Source: a virus. Taken from it: a stretch of 64,000 bases of DNA. The stretch covers positions 32,001-96,000 of the IMG/VR virus record IMGVR_UViG_3300009408_000001, one strand, 5' to 3'. The position numbers were made by a program, and so were the translations under genes. The stretch's first letter is position 1; each line of letters begins with the position of its first letter. Below, one piece after another: positions 8,823 through 18,318 of this stretch. The notes beneath the pieces were generated by a model. That model did no database searches. It was not told where the DNA came from and worked only from the letters and a program-made list of their open reading frames with translations.

Positions 8823-9968
8823 ATGGTAACAATAAACATTGACCCACCCCAGCCAGTGGACGGCATGAGGTTTGGATCGCACTTGGCAATGAGTCGATGT
8901 GGAAGGATTCTAGCAGTAGGTTCGGACGGATTGTGGAGTAAAGACCACAATGTGTTCCAAATCGATTTATATGAGTTACACGGGGAAGAGCGGGTTAAGC
9001 ACTTACAGCAAATCACTGTAAAGCTCCCAACAATCTTTCCTGTAACAGAGGTTGGTGGAATGGCACTGTCTGAACACGGCAGTACCCTAGTAGTGTCGGT
9101 GGGGGGTAACATCATTACCTATTCCAACTTCACACAGTCAACCACCTGGAATGTACGCCAGTTTTACTCCCTTGTAAAACCATGGAGTCGCATTCGGAAC
9201 TGGAAGGTTAGCTGCAATACTAACGGCACTATTTGTACCGCAACGCCCACGTGTCTATTTCGAACAGAGAGTGGCAGTGGTCCGATGTTATCGCTGTTTA
9301 AGAAGTCAAATTGGGAAGTGAAGAGTAGAGAAACAACGTACTTCCCTATGGCTGGCTCTTCTGCATCTGAAGAACTGGATACTTGTTTGTCTGACAACGG
9401 TAAAACATTGTTACACCAGTCGATAGTAGGTCGTGGTACCGGTGAAGGACGTCGCCGTATTTCCACATCCCGTCGAGACGGGGGAGGAGAATGGTTGTAT
9501 GACCAAAGCTGTAATGTTCCAAGTGGTGACCCATGGCCAGGTCGGAGTGGACCAGGGATTGCATTGTCCGGTAACGGTAAGGTAGCATACGCGCTTGATA
9601 CGGGACCTGCCTTGTTTAAGATGAAGGTGTCTCGACAGAAGACTACAGCGAGAATCCGGTGTACATTACCAACGTACGCATACACCGGAATGCTCGGTTG
9701 CAGCGTGGATGGTAGATTTGTGTTTCTAGGGTATACCGCACCTAAGGGAGGAAGCTTCACAAATAACATCCTGTACGGGGAGATAGATGAACAGGACCCG
9801 GAAGCAACTCCCTTTAAAACACTTACATCCTTTCCGGGGTACAGTGGCTCAAAACAAGAGTTCGTCGTAGATAGGAATGGCGCTACAATTGTAGTTTCGG
9901 ACCGACACCATGGAGTAGAAGGACACCAATACGGGAGGGTTCATCTCCACCTTACCAATCGGTTGTAA
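8823..9968 (+). CDS. divergent FG-GAP-like beta-propeller protein
   Basis: RFGSHLAMSRCGRILAVGS, MALSEHGSTLVVS, IALSGNGKVAY blades. Confidence 0.7.
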   Translation: MVTINIDPPQPVDGMRFGSHLAMSRCGRILAVGSDGLWSKDHNVFQIDLYELHGEERVKHLQQITVKLPTIFPVTEVGGMALSEHGSTLVVSVGGNIITYSNFTQSTTWNVRQFYSLVKPWSRIRNWKVSCNTNGTICTATPTCLFRTESGSGPMLSLFKKSNWEVKSRETTYFPMAGSSASEELDTCLSDNGKTLLHQSIVGRGTGEGRRRISTSRRDGGGEWLYDQSCNVPSGDPWPGRSGPGIALSGNGKVAYALDTGPALFKMKVSRQKTTARIRCTLPTYAYTGMLGCSVDGRFVFLGYTAPKGGSFTNNILYGEIDEQDPEATPFKTLTSFPGYSGSKQEFVVDRNGATIVVSDRHHGVEGHQYGRVHLHLTNRL

Positions 9969-9970
9969 AC

Positions 9971-10000
9971 AGGAGGCCCTTCACGGGGCCTCTTTTTTCT
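9971..10000 (+). terminator. cassette-type terminator GAGGCCC-loop-GGGCCTC-T tract
   Basis: Same hairpin family as 10453, 28849, 29250, 29662. Confidence 0.85.
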
Positions 10001-10028
10001 TTGCGTTTCAGACATTATTAAGAACCAC

Positions 10029-10060
10029 ATTACCTTAATGATAACACCTCCGTGTTATTT
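10029..10060 (+). promoter_or_regulatory. putative early promoter plus leader hairpin ATAACAC-N4-GTGTTAT
   Basis: Near-identical to the leaders at 28509, 28907, 29316. Confidence 0.75.
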
Positions 10061-10081
10061 AATTCATTTGGAGATACTAAG

Positions 10082-10395
10082 ATGACACATGCTGAACAGG
10101 CAGAACGGATACGCCATTTGGAACTAATGGTAACATCCCTAAAGTTTGACCTAGCCGAAGTACGAGGGGAGCTACGTAAGGAATTACTGGATCACAGCGG
10201 ATCCCTGGACAACCACACCTTGAGCGACAAGCGACACCTAAAGCTAGCCACAGCGACTCCCTGGACAACCACACCTTGAGCGACAATCGATACCTAAAAC
10301 TAGTCACACAAGCACTGGACACGGTTAAAGCAGTAGAGGCTAGAGAGGCGATAAATGGGATACCATCCTACATCAACCCTGTGGAAAAGGACTAG
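10082..10395 (+). pseudogene. small cassette gene apparently frameshifted by a 56-bp tandem duplication
   Basis: GGAG RBS and ATG 10082; frame ends at 10279, while repeat copy 2 (from 10258) reads on in another frame to TAG at 10393-10395. Confidence 0.55.
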
Positions 10396-10452
10396 GTCAC
10401 CAGTCACCGGGGTTCCCAGCAACAAAGACGATACCGATAAACCAACATAAAT

Positions 10453-10483
10453 AGGAGGCCCCTTTACGGGGCCTCTTTTTTTT
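10453..10483 (+). terminator. cassette-type terminator
   Basis: GAGGCCC-CTTTACG-GGGCCTC followed by a T tract. Confidence 0.85.
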
Positions 10484-10532
10484 GCCCATATCCGCATAGA
10501 AATACTATGCACAACAACAAGGATACATTGTT

Positions 10533-11750
10533 ATGGCTACCAAGTCTCATTGGGACACCGTTACTGACGTGGCTCCTGACACTGAGTTTACCGGAAAAGA
10601 TTCCCTTAGGATCTGTATGGCGATCTCAGCTAATGGTCAAGTTTCAGTAACGGGGAATCCAGGCGATGGCGTTGTGCGCGTACTTAGGTTGTTCCCTGAC
10701 TCAGGGTGGGAAGAGACTGCGTCTCTCTCTGTAGATCAGGAAGGTCCTCTTCAGAAGTCTGCATTTGGCACTTCTGTAGGGATTTCATCTGATGGTACCA
10801 CGATTGTAGTGGGTGATCCCGATGACGACGAACGTGCGTTGCACGGTGGATCAGCGTATGTATTTACATACCGACGAGGCGAGTGGAAGCTTTCAGGAAA
10901 GTTTTATCCGACTGACCTACATTTTGCTGCTAAGTTTGGGCATTCTGTCAGTATCTCGGGTGATGGTAAAGTGGTAGCGGTTGGGGCATACATGAGTTCC
11001 AACAGTTCTGATTACGCGGGAGATGTATACCTGCTTAGGAAAGGATTGTTTGGTTGGGACGAGTTGTGCATATTGTCCCCACCTGTGCCACGTACGGGTT
11101 CTTTTTTTGGCATCAGTGTGTCTCTATCCTTTTCGGGTAAAGAGCTCCTGGTGGGCGCTGATGGAAGCGAGCGGGCATACATCTATGGGACGTATGACTT
11201 CTCCAGGTGGATTCTCATAAAAGAACTTGTTCCAACTGCTAAGGGTAAGCACAACTTTACTCAGTTTGGTGCCTCTTGTGCGATTGCTGCGGACGGGAAG
11301 TCTGCGGTAGTAAGTGCGCATACAGAAGACATCAGGCAAGTGATTGGTGCTGGTGCAATTTACCATTACATTTCCTGCCGTGACCAGTGGGTCCAACGTT
11401 CTAAGATTTCGTTAAAGAATGGAAAGACGTTGGATTATTTTGGGTATAACCTGGATCTGTCCGGAGACGGAAGTGTCCTTGTAGTAGGTGGATACGCCTC
11501 TGTTGTAGATGGTGTTTGTGATCGGGGTGGTTATGTCATGCGTCTGGAATCTGGAGGTTGGGAACTGGATCGTAAGATCTCTCCAACGGACATTAAGGAA
11601 GATTCTGTTTTATCCTACGTAGCGGCAGTTGACCATTCTGGAGAAACGGTGGCATTAGCAAGAGGAGTCTCAACAGCTCCACTTGAGAAAAATGACCTCG
11701 CTAGCAATCTTCTCCGGCAACAGCTAAAGGACAAGCAAAGGAAGGCATAA
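10533..11750 (+). CDS. FG-GAP (integrin-alpha-like) seven-bladed beta-propeller protein
   Basis: Repeats FGTSVGISSDGTTIVVG, FGHSVSISGDGKVVAVGA, FGISVSLS, FGYNLDLSGDGSVLVVG. Confidence 0.85.
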   Translation: MATKSHWDTVTDVAPDTEFTGKDSLRICMAISANGQVSVTGNPGDGVVRVLRLFPDSGWEETASLSVDQEGPLQKSAFGTSVGISSDGTTIVVGDPDDDERALHGGSAYVFTYRRGEWKLSGKFYPTDLHFAAKFGHSVSISGDGKVVAVGAYMSSNSSDYAGDVYLLRKGLFGWDELCILSPPVPRTGSFFGISVSLSFSGKELLVGADGSERAYIYGTYDFSRWILIKELVPTAKGKHNFTQFGASCAIAADGKSAVVSAHTEDIRQVIGAGAIYHYISCRDQWVQRSKISLKNGKTLDYFGYNLDLSGDGSVLVVGGYASVVDGVCDRGGYVMRLESGGWELDRKISPTDIKEDSVLSYVAAVDHSGETVALARGVSTAPLEKNDLASNLLRQQLKDKQRKA

Positions 11751-11813
11751 CTCAGTAACTGGTTCCCAGGGCAGAAATGTCCTGGGATTTTATGCAATCA
11801 TCAGGAGAATGCA

Positions 11814-12737
11814 ATGGAGTCGTGTACAAAGATAATGTCACTTGGGTATGTGGCCATGAACAAACCCACCGATAGCAACCTAATTGAAGTCTGTCCAATC
11901 GAACACCTACACCGTTTGGACGGTGAGATCACTACAGACACCGTAGAGGTGAGTTCATGTGGGATTGATAAGGAAGGTACACCTTACACCGTAAGCATCA
12001 ACATGGGCACCACCGTACCTTGTACGTGGTATGGTGAGACAAACCACATGTTATCCCCCGATGTCCGGCGGGGTGAACAAGTTTGGATATGGGCAATGGG
12101 AGACAGTAACCAGTACTATTGGATGAGTGCCGGTAGAGATGATCACCTTAGACGACTAGAGACACAGCGTTACAGGTGGAGTGGACTGCCGGACAACATA
12201 GATGAAGAGATCAATGAAGGCAACTCGTACTACCTGGAGATCTCCACACATAAAAAGACGGTTACCTTTAAGACATCGATGCGAAACGGGGAACGTGCAG
12301 GATACACAATGCAGTTTAACACCGGTGACGGCCAGGTTACCCTAGTAGACAATGAAAAGAATATCTTCCAACTGGACACGGCCAATACCCATATCTGGAT
12401 GGAAAACTCCAGGGGGTCCATTGTAGAGTTAAATAAACAAAACATACGGGCGTGGAATCCCGGTAACTGTGAAGTATGGCTAAAGGACAAGGACATATTT
12501 GTTCATAACGGGAACGGTGTTAAGGTTGAACTGGTTGGTCCCAACCTTACTACCACTGCACCAGGTACCCACACTTTAAATGCAGCGGCGTTCATAGTGA
12601 ATGCCCCTACGAAGCACAACAAGCCGGTTGTAGGTGGAACAGCGACGTATTCGAAGATTAACGCAGGTAGTATCTCCGCTGGTAAGATTAGCGTTGGCAT
12701 ACTGGTAGCAGGTAAGTTCAACTATCCAAAGCCCTAA
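11814..12737 (+). CDS. baseplate central spike protein (phiKZ gp164-like)
   Basis: N-terminal OB-like part with PDVRRGEQVWIW, then a short beta-strand-repeat region; AGGAG RBS; family recognised from memory. Confidence 0.75.
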   Translation: MESCTKIMSLGYVAMNKPTDSNLIEVCPIEHLHRLDGEITTDTVEVSSCGIDKEGTPYTVSINMGTTVPCTWYGETNHMLSPDVRRGEQVWIWAMGDSNQYYWMSAGRDDHLRRLETQRYRWSGLPDNIDEEINEGNSYYLEISTHKKTVTFKTSMRNGERAGYTMQFNTGDGQVTLVDNEKNIFQLDTANTHIWMENSRGSIVELNKQNIRAWNPGNCEVWLKDKDIFVHNGNGVKVELVGPNLTTTAPGTHTLNAAAFIVNAPTKHNKPVVGGTATYSKINAGSISAGKISVGILVAGKFNYPKP

Positions 12738-12747
12738 TTACGACATA

Positions 12748-12780
12748 AAAGGAAACCTCCCGGATAGGGAGGTTTCTTTC
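12748..12780. terminator. bidirectional terminator
   Basis: GAAACCTCCC-GGATA-GGGAGGTTTC between convergent genes. Confidence 0.8.
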
Positions 12781-12805
12781 TATGCCCGGCTGACAGGGTC
12801 CGCCG

Positions 12806-13387
12806 TCATCGAATGAATTCCCTTGTGAGGAACTCCCGATGTGCTTTGTCATACAGGTTATAAACCGGTACTCCAAAATGCCTTGCAGTTCTAACCGCCA
12901 CCGCTGGATACCCAGCAAAGGGACTTGATGTAGACTCGGTGTAAATTATCACCATCTTTGAAACATCAGAGGGACGCAGTGAGGAAAGTGCGGGTGAACG
13001 GTTAGAACCCACTCTAACATCATCCCACTCTCCAGCAACGGAATGGAACTGACTTGCGTCTTCCATCTTTACCGCTTTAGAGTGGCGAATTATCCCAGGA
13101 GAGATGGATTCCTTGTCCAGGTAATGCACAGCATCTATTAGACCTCTTCCTTGTAAGCTGAACCGGTACTTGGTACTGAAACATTCATCCTTCCTATAAC
13201 CAGAAGAACAAACCCAGGCTTCCCTGTTAGGAGACACCCTTTCAAATGCCTCGCACATCCCAGCCTTCCCGTTGCTTCTAAGGTTCCATCCTTTGAGGTC
13301 CAATGCCGTACCCAATTCCTTAGCGAAATCACACGCCCAACTGGGAGCATCTTCCGGTCCGATCCCCGTATACCACAGTTCACTCAT
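12806..13387 (-). CDS. SLOG/DprA-like nucleotide-binding fold protein with degenerate motifs
   Basis: YTGIG..., G.nLRS.G..G...AFE and C-terminal GVPVYNL follow the phage SLOG pattern. Confidence 0.65.
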   Translation of the reverse strand: MSELWYTGIGPEDAPSWACDFAKELGTALDLKGWNLRSNGKAGMCEAFERVSPNREAWVCSSGYRKDECFSTKYRFSLQGRGLIDAVHYLDKESISPGIIRHSKAVKMEDASQFHSVAGEWDDVRVGSNRSPALSSLRPSDVSKMVIIYTESTSSPFAGYPAVAVRTARHFGVPVYNLYDKAHREFLTREFIR

Positions 13388-13424
13388 CGTACTACCCTTC
13401 TGTATTTACCATACACAATCGTGA

Positions 13425-14873
13425 TTAGATTACCCCACAATCGACTTCGTCGACAAACAGGACGTCTGGTAGTTTCGGAACGATGATTGCTTCACCCATG
13501 ATGTACCCATCGAAGATGTCACCATCTGCGAACACTTCAACAACCACTGTTTCAGTAGCGTCTGGTGAGGCAGGATCACTGACGTCGCCATCGGTCACAT
13601 TCGAATCGGTGGTGGACGTGTCGCTGACATTGGAATCCGCGATATCAACCACTGTGTCAGACCCATCCGTATTGGCAGTATCGCTTGCGGACTGGGCTTC
13701 TAAGACATCTACAGTATCTGACACCGTCGTGGTAGAGGCCGCTCCATCCGGTCGGGTTATGGTCGTGGTCGTATTAGTCCCATCGTCCACAGCGACAGCC
13801 ACAGTGCCATCTACATAGAGCGTGGTAACTGTGCTGGTGCCATCTGGATTGGTAACCGTAGTGACCGATGCCACTGCACTTGCGATTTCGGTAGCTGTGT
13901 CAGACACCTGTCCATCGCTGGAATCCGAGACAGAACCGTCGCTGGAGGCAGTGTCGGTGGAATCCGAAGCCGTGTCACCACTGGAGGTAGTGTCGGTGGA
14001 ATCCGAAACAGAGCTGTCACTTGATGTGTTATCTGTGGAATCCGAAGCCGTGTCACCACTGGAGGTAGTGTCGGTGGAATCCGAAACATTCGAACTGGTG
14101 GTGGTTGTGGTGACAACCCCTTCGGAGTCCGTCTCAGTGGCGATAACCGTTACTGTAGTGTGGTTAGCAAGATGGGCGTCAAACTCCCCACGTAACGTCG
14201 AAATGGTCCCAAGTGCTACATCGTACTTGTCTTGTAAAACACGCATGTTACTGAACATCATGTTCATGTCTTCGCGTATTCTACCAATGACCTGCATGGT
14301 GCGTTCGTCTTGGTTCCTAAGTTCCTCTGCCGAACCCACAAGTGTACGAGAGCCTAAGAAGGCAGAAGCCAGTTCTTTTAGCGCTCTTGGAATGGGGTCC
14401 AGCTCGATGAGATCCTGCAACCGATGATCGTGTTCCCCAGGTGTCCACAGTACCGGTTTGCCCTTGAGGGAGTTAAAATCAACCTCCCTTCCCAACGCTG
14501 CGGTGATTGCCTTTTCGATGTTTTCCAGGACACGGGTTGTCTTAGATTCTGAACCACCTACGGCGTTGTACGTTACGTATATCGTACCGTACAACTGTGC
14601 ATTGGTTAACACTATACTGCCTGCAACTTCTAGCCCTGTATAGGCGGTTGCTTCTGGATCGAAGCCTTCGAATTTGTAATCTGTCCCAGGGACAAGAGGT
14701 GCCGAAGACCCTTCTGCACGTACGGAGAATCCTTTTGTGTAAAAGATTCCCTCCCGCATGAGGATATCATTACCACCTATCGCATTTAACACATGTGGTT
14801 CATCTACAATGTTGTTTGTCGGGTTTGTACCCGACCCATCTACGGAGTACTTTGATAGCTGGAAGACGCTCAT
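13425..14873 (-). CDS. virion tail/baseplate structural protein with Ser/Asp/Thr-rich repetitive C-terminal half
   Basis: N-terminal domain shared by eye with 24496 and 26197 genes; SDSTDTTSSGDTA repeats with a 78-bp period. Confidence 0.75.
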   Translation of the reverse strand: MSVFQLSKYSVDGSGTNPTNNIVDEPHVLNAIGGNDILMREGIFYTKGFSVRAEGSSAPLVPGTDYKFEGFDPEATAYTGLEVAGSIVLTNAQLYGTIYVTYNAVGGSESKTTRVLENIEKAITAALGREVDFNSLKGKPVLWTPGEHDHRLQDLIELDPIPRALKELASAFLGSRTLVGSAEELRNQDERTMQVIGRIREDMNMMFSNMRVLQDKYDVALGTISTLRGEFDAHLANHTTVTVIATETDSEGVVTTTTTSSNVSDSTDTTSSGDTASDSTDNTSSDSSVSDSTDTTSSGDTASDSTDTASSDGSVSDSSDGQVSDTATEIASAVASVTTVTNPDGTSTVTTLYVDGTVAVAVDDGTNTTTTITRPDGAASTTTVSDTVDVLEAQSASDTANTDGSDTVVDIADSNVSDTSTTDSNVTDGDVSDPASPDATETVVVEVFADGDIFDGYIMGEAIIVPKLPDVLFVDEVDCGVI

Positions 14874-14915
14874 TTGCTATCCTCCCATTTGTTACGGATG
14901 ACCATGTCTCTCTCC

Positions 14916-16634
14916 TTAGCCTAGAACGTAAGCTGTTCCAGAGAGGTTTCCGGCTGCATCAACGCCATCTGCTCCCGCAATACCCCTAGAGCCATCCCAG
15001 TTAGAAGAGACAGAGGTACCAAGATAATCCAATGTCAGTGCAGAAGCTACCGTAACTTTGATACTTTCTGTCCATACACCAGCCACATTGCTCATAACGT
15101 AAACCGCACCTGTGTCAACCGCACTGCCGTCTACACCCATTGCGCCAATCAACAGTGTTGCACCGTCACTAGACAGGTCAACAGCGTGTCCATACAGGTC
15201 ACCGGTTGCTTTCACAGTTGAACCCAACTTAGCACTAAATGCCCACCCGGATGCAGTGAGATCGTAAACGAACACACTTCCCGCATTTGACACGATACTG
15301 TCTTCACCCTTAGCACCCACTACCACGCGTTTGCCATCACCGGACATGGTAACAGAACATCCGTAGTAATCGTAGATGCTTACATCGGTACTGGTTAACT
15401 CGACCAGTTCTGTCCATGCACCAGCGACGTTACTGAATAGGTACGCTGTTCCAGAGTAAGTCCCTCTTGTGGAATCTCCCTGTACCCCGATTACCATGGT
15501 TGACGCGGTAGAGTCAGTTGCAACGTCCCAGCCAAAAAAGGCAGACGCCGATGGGGTGACAGCGGTTATCTTAGAAGACTGTGCCCACTGTGAGAGTGAA
15601 TCACGGGTGTAGGTAAACACAGCCCCTGCGTCGGCCAAGGTACCAGAATCCTTCATAGGAGCACCTACGGTTACCGTAGAGCCATCCCCAGATACATCCA
15701 CAGAGTGACCATATCCATCATAGTTCGCATGATCCAGTGCGGTTAACTGTGTTTCCTCAGACCAACCACCACCGTTGTTAAGGAAGACATAGGCTTTCCC
15801 GGAGTTAGTTAACAGTCCGGTTGGTGCATCTCCACTTGAACCCACTACGATTACGGTACCGTTGTCACTTATGGACAGGGCATTTCCAAAAAGACCCGAA
15901 GCGACCGGAGTAGATGACACCAGTTTGGCTTCTTCAACATATACCCCGTTTGTAAGGCGATACACGTAAACCGCTCCTGCAAAGGAACCTGCGGTAGAAT
16001 CCCCAGGAGCACCTACTGCAATAACCGTACTGTCAGCAGAAATAACGCTCGCACCACCGTAACCCGCATCGGCTACTGGTGTAGATGCAGTTACTGTAGA
16101 AGAGACACCGGTGATGTTATCCGGTTCCACCGAAAAGTAACTTACTGGTCCAAATGGACTCACCACACCAGATACACCTTCATGGGCACAGCGTACGTAA
16201 TACGTAGTACTCCCCAATAAGGACACTCCGGCAGCGGCTAGGTTATATTCCGATAAGTACGTGGTGGTTCTCCCACTGGCGTGGTCGACTGTACCAAACG
16301 CTGGGTCAGTTGAAAACTCCCAATAGGCGGCAGACTGTACTTCACTTTCATATGCCTGTGTGATTCCAACGAACAAACTCGATGTAATCGTTGGGGTGGA
16401 TACAATACCCACCGCCCCGGTTACGGGGTGTGTGATTTCCGGAATGGCAATACCGGTGATGATCGTTGGTTCGATGGGTTCCCCACCGGGGGTTGTAGCA
16501 TTGTGGATACACAACTTATTCACATTTGATGTGAAGTCAACGGTCATCTCGTCCATAGCGCCCACATACGCGGCGTGGGCGGGAGATGCCCCTTGCTTCC
16601 AGCGCCAAGGCTGGGTCATTAACTTGAGTGTCAT
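14916..16634 (-). CDS. putative tail adhesin: Mtd_N-like anchor, FN3/Ig-like domain, 7 FG-GAP blades
   Basis: KQGASPAHAAYVGAMDEMTVD...IHNATTPGG N-terminus; seven (F/Y)G.sv.is.dg..i.vGA repeats. Confidence 0.85.
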   Translation of the reverse strand: MTLKLMTQPWRWKQGASPAHAAYVGAMDEMTVDFTSNVNKLCIHNATTPGGEPIEPTIITGIAIPEITHPVTGAVGIVSTPTITSSLFVGITQAYESEVQSAAYWEFSTDPAFGTVDHASGRTTTYLSEYNLAAAGVSLLGSTTYYVRCAHEGVSGVVSPFGPVSYFSVEPDNITGVSSTVTASTPVADAGYGGASVISADSTVIAVGAPGDSTAGSFAGAVYVYRLTNGVYVEEAKLVSSTPVASGLFGNALSISDNGTVIVVGSSGDAPTGLLTNSGKAYVFLNNGGGWSEETQLTALDHANYDGYGHSVDVSGDGSTVTVGAPMKDSGTLADAGAVFTYTRDSLSQWAQSSKITAVTPSASAFFGWDVATDSTASTMVIGVQGDSTRGTYSGTAYLFSNVAGAWTELVELTSTDVSIYDYYGCSVTMSGDGKRVVVGAKGEDSIVSNAGSVFVYDLTASGWAFSAKLGSTVKATGDLYGHAVDLSSDGATLLIGAMGVDGSAVDTGAVYVMSNVAGVWTESIKVTVASALTLDYLGTSVSSNWDGSRGIAGADGVDAAGNLSGTAYVLG

Positions 16635-16642
16635 ATCTAGTC

Positions 16643-18307
16643 CTAGATTAGAACGTAAGCTGCACCAGCCTCGTTTCCGTTTGTACCTTCCCCAAACGCA
16701 CCAACCACTCCGACAGTACCGGCGTCATTAAGTGACACAGAAATACCATAGTAGTCATATGAGGTACTGTTGGATGCAGTAATTGTAGAAGAGGTCTGTG
16801 CCCATTGGCCTGCTGCATCCACACCAAAGATGTACGCTGCACCGGCCACGGCGTTCACCGCATATGCCCCAACCAGGATGGTGGAACCGTTTCCAGAAAT
16901 ACATACAGAACGACCAAATGCATCTCCGTCGGTAGACGTACTTGCTACAATCCGTTGTCCAGCATCCCAGTTTCCGTTGGTCTCGGTAAAGACGTACGCC
17001 CCACCTGCATTCGGGGTGGTTAAGTCAGAACCGTACGAACCAACTACCGCAATTGTACCGGAAGAGTCAATGTCTACACTGTATCCGAAGTACCCGTATG
17101 CTTCTGCCACAGGCGAAACGAGTGCAGCGACTTCTGAGAAACCCCCTTTACCGTCGTGATCGAATATGTAGGCAGCACCTGCATCCACTTCACCGGATGG
17201 CACGTTGAACATCTGTGCGCCAACGATGAATCTGGAGCCGTCTCCACACATTGCGACAGAGATACCCACCTGGTCACCGTAGATGGTATTGTTGCCGATT
17301 AACTCGACAGGTTTAAGAAACCCACCGCCATCGTCCCACCATGCGTATACCGCACCAGAGGAGGTCCCATTGACATCGGCCAGATTAGCTCCAGAAATAA
17401 CCAGAGTAGCGTCATCTGAAATGGCCACGGAGATACCCACCTGGTCACCGTTGTTGCCGTTACCTACAAGAAAGTCCTGTTCCTTCCAGGGTTGGCGATC
17501 TTTGAACACATAGACACTACCATCATCCACACCGGCATCGTCCATCATGTATGCGCCGATGGCACAGAATGCCCCATCTATATTCAAGGCCACGGAGTAA
17601 CCAAATCGGTCACCGGCACCACCTGGATTTGGAATGATATCTGTCTCTACCCATGTACCACCCGACATACGAAAGATGTACACTTGTCCACCGTCTGTCC
17701 CGTTAGAATCTTGTAGGTAAGATCCCACTGCAATAGTAGAACCATCTCCAGATACACTGACAGACTGACCAAAGCGATCAGACCCCAGTGCATCCGATGC
17801 AAACAAGATCGCTTCCTCTGTAGTAACCGCAGCAGATGCAACGGTAAAGCCGACTTCCACGGCCCATGGTGATAAGGGTGCTAGACTGGATTCATGTCTG
17901 ACACGGGCGTAGTACGTTAGCCCAGAAGAAAGAACGGTGCTTGTTGCAGACAAATCCATATTCGTCAGGTTAACCGTATCTCGGCCACTGTCAAAAATGA
18001 TTGCATTGAATGCAGCATCCAAGGCAACTTGCCAGAAGGACGCAACATGTACACCGTCTCCTACCATGGCAGTCGCGGTCAGTACCGGAACAATACCGAC
18101 TCCTGTAGCACCGGAGAGTGGAGAGGTCATTGATGGGGTGGATATCAAATAGGTAACTGGGACAATGGCTGACCCTCCTAAGGTAGTACCGTCCTGGATA
18201 CGGATGTCTCCACCCCCATCACGAATGACCAGTTCCCCAATTGGACCAACATACTGGTCAACCAGGGTTGCTGATCCTTGCTTTAACTTAACTCGGATGT
18301 TAGCCAT
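16643..18307 (-). CDS. putative tail adhesin: Mtd_N-like anchor, FN3/Ig-like domain, 7 FG-GAP blades
   Basis: KQGSATLVDQYVGPIGELVIRDGGGDIRIQDGTTLGG N-terminus; seven FG-GAP repeats. Confidence 0.88.
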   Translation of the reverse strand: MANIRVKLKQGSATLVDQYVGPIGELVIRDGGGDIRIQDGTTLGGSAIVPVTYLISTPSMTSPLSGATGVGIVPVLTATAMVGDGVHVASFWQVALDAAFNAIIFDSGRDTVNLTNMDLSATSTVLSSGLTYYARVRHESSLAPLSPWAVEVGFTVASAAVTTEEAILFASDALGSDRFGQSVSVSGDGSTIAVGSYLQDSNGTDGGQVYIFRMSGGTWVETDIIPNPGGAGDRFGYSVALNIDGAFCAIGAYMMDDAGVDDGSVYVFKDRQPWKEQDFLVGNGNNGDQVGISVAISDDATLVISGANLADVNGTSSGAVYAWWDDGGGFLKPVELIGNNTIYGDQVGISVAMCGDGSRFIVGAQMFNVPSGEVDAGAAYIFDHDGKGGFSEVAALVSPVAEAYGYFGYSVDIDSSGTIAVVGSYGSDLTTPNAGGAYVFTETNGNWDAGQRIVASTSTDGDAFGRSVCISGNGSTILVGAYAVNAVAGAAYIFGVDAAGQWAQTSSTITASNSTSYDYYGISVSLNDAGTVGVVGAFGEGTNGNEAGAAYVLI

Positions 18308-18318
18308 GGTAGGTTCCC

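Noticed and set aside
14916-18307. Diversity-generating retroelement targeting the Mtd_N-containing genes
   Set aside because: No reverse transcriptase and no TR/VR pair differing at adenines in the window
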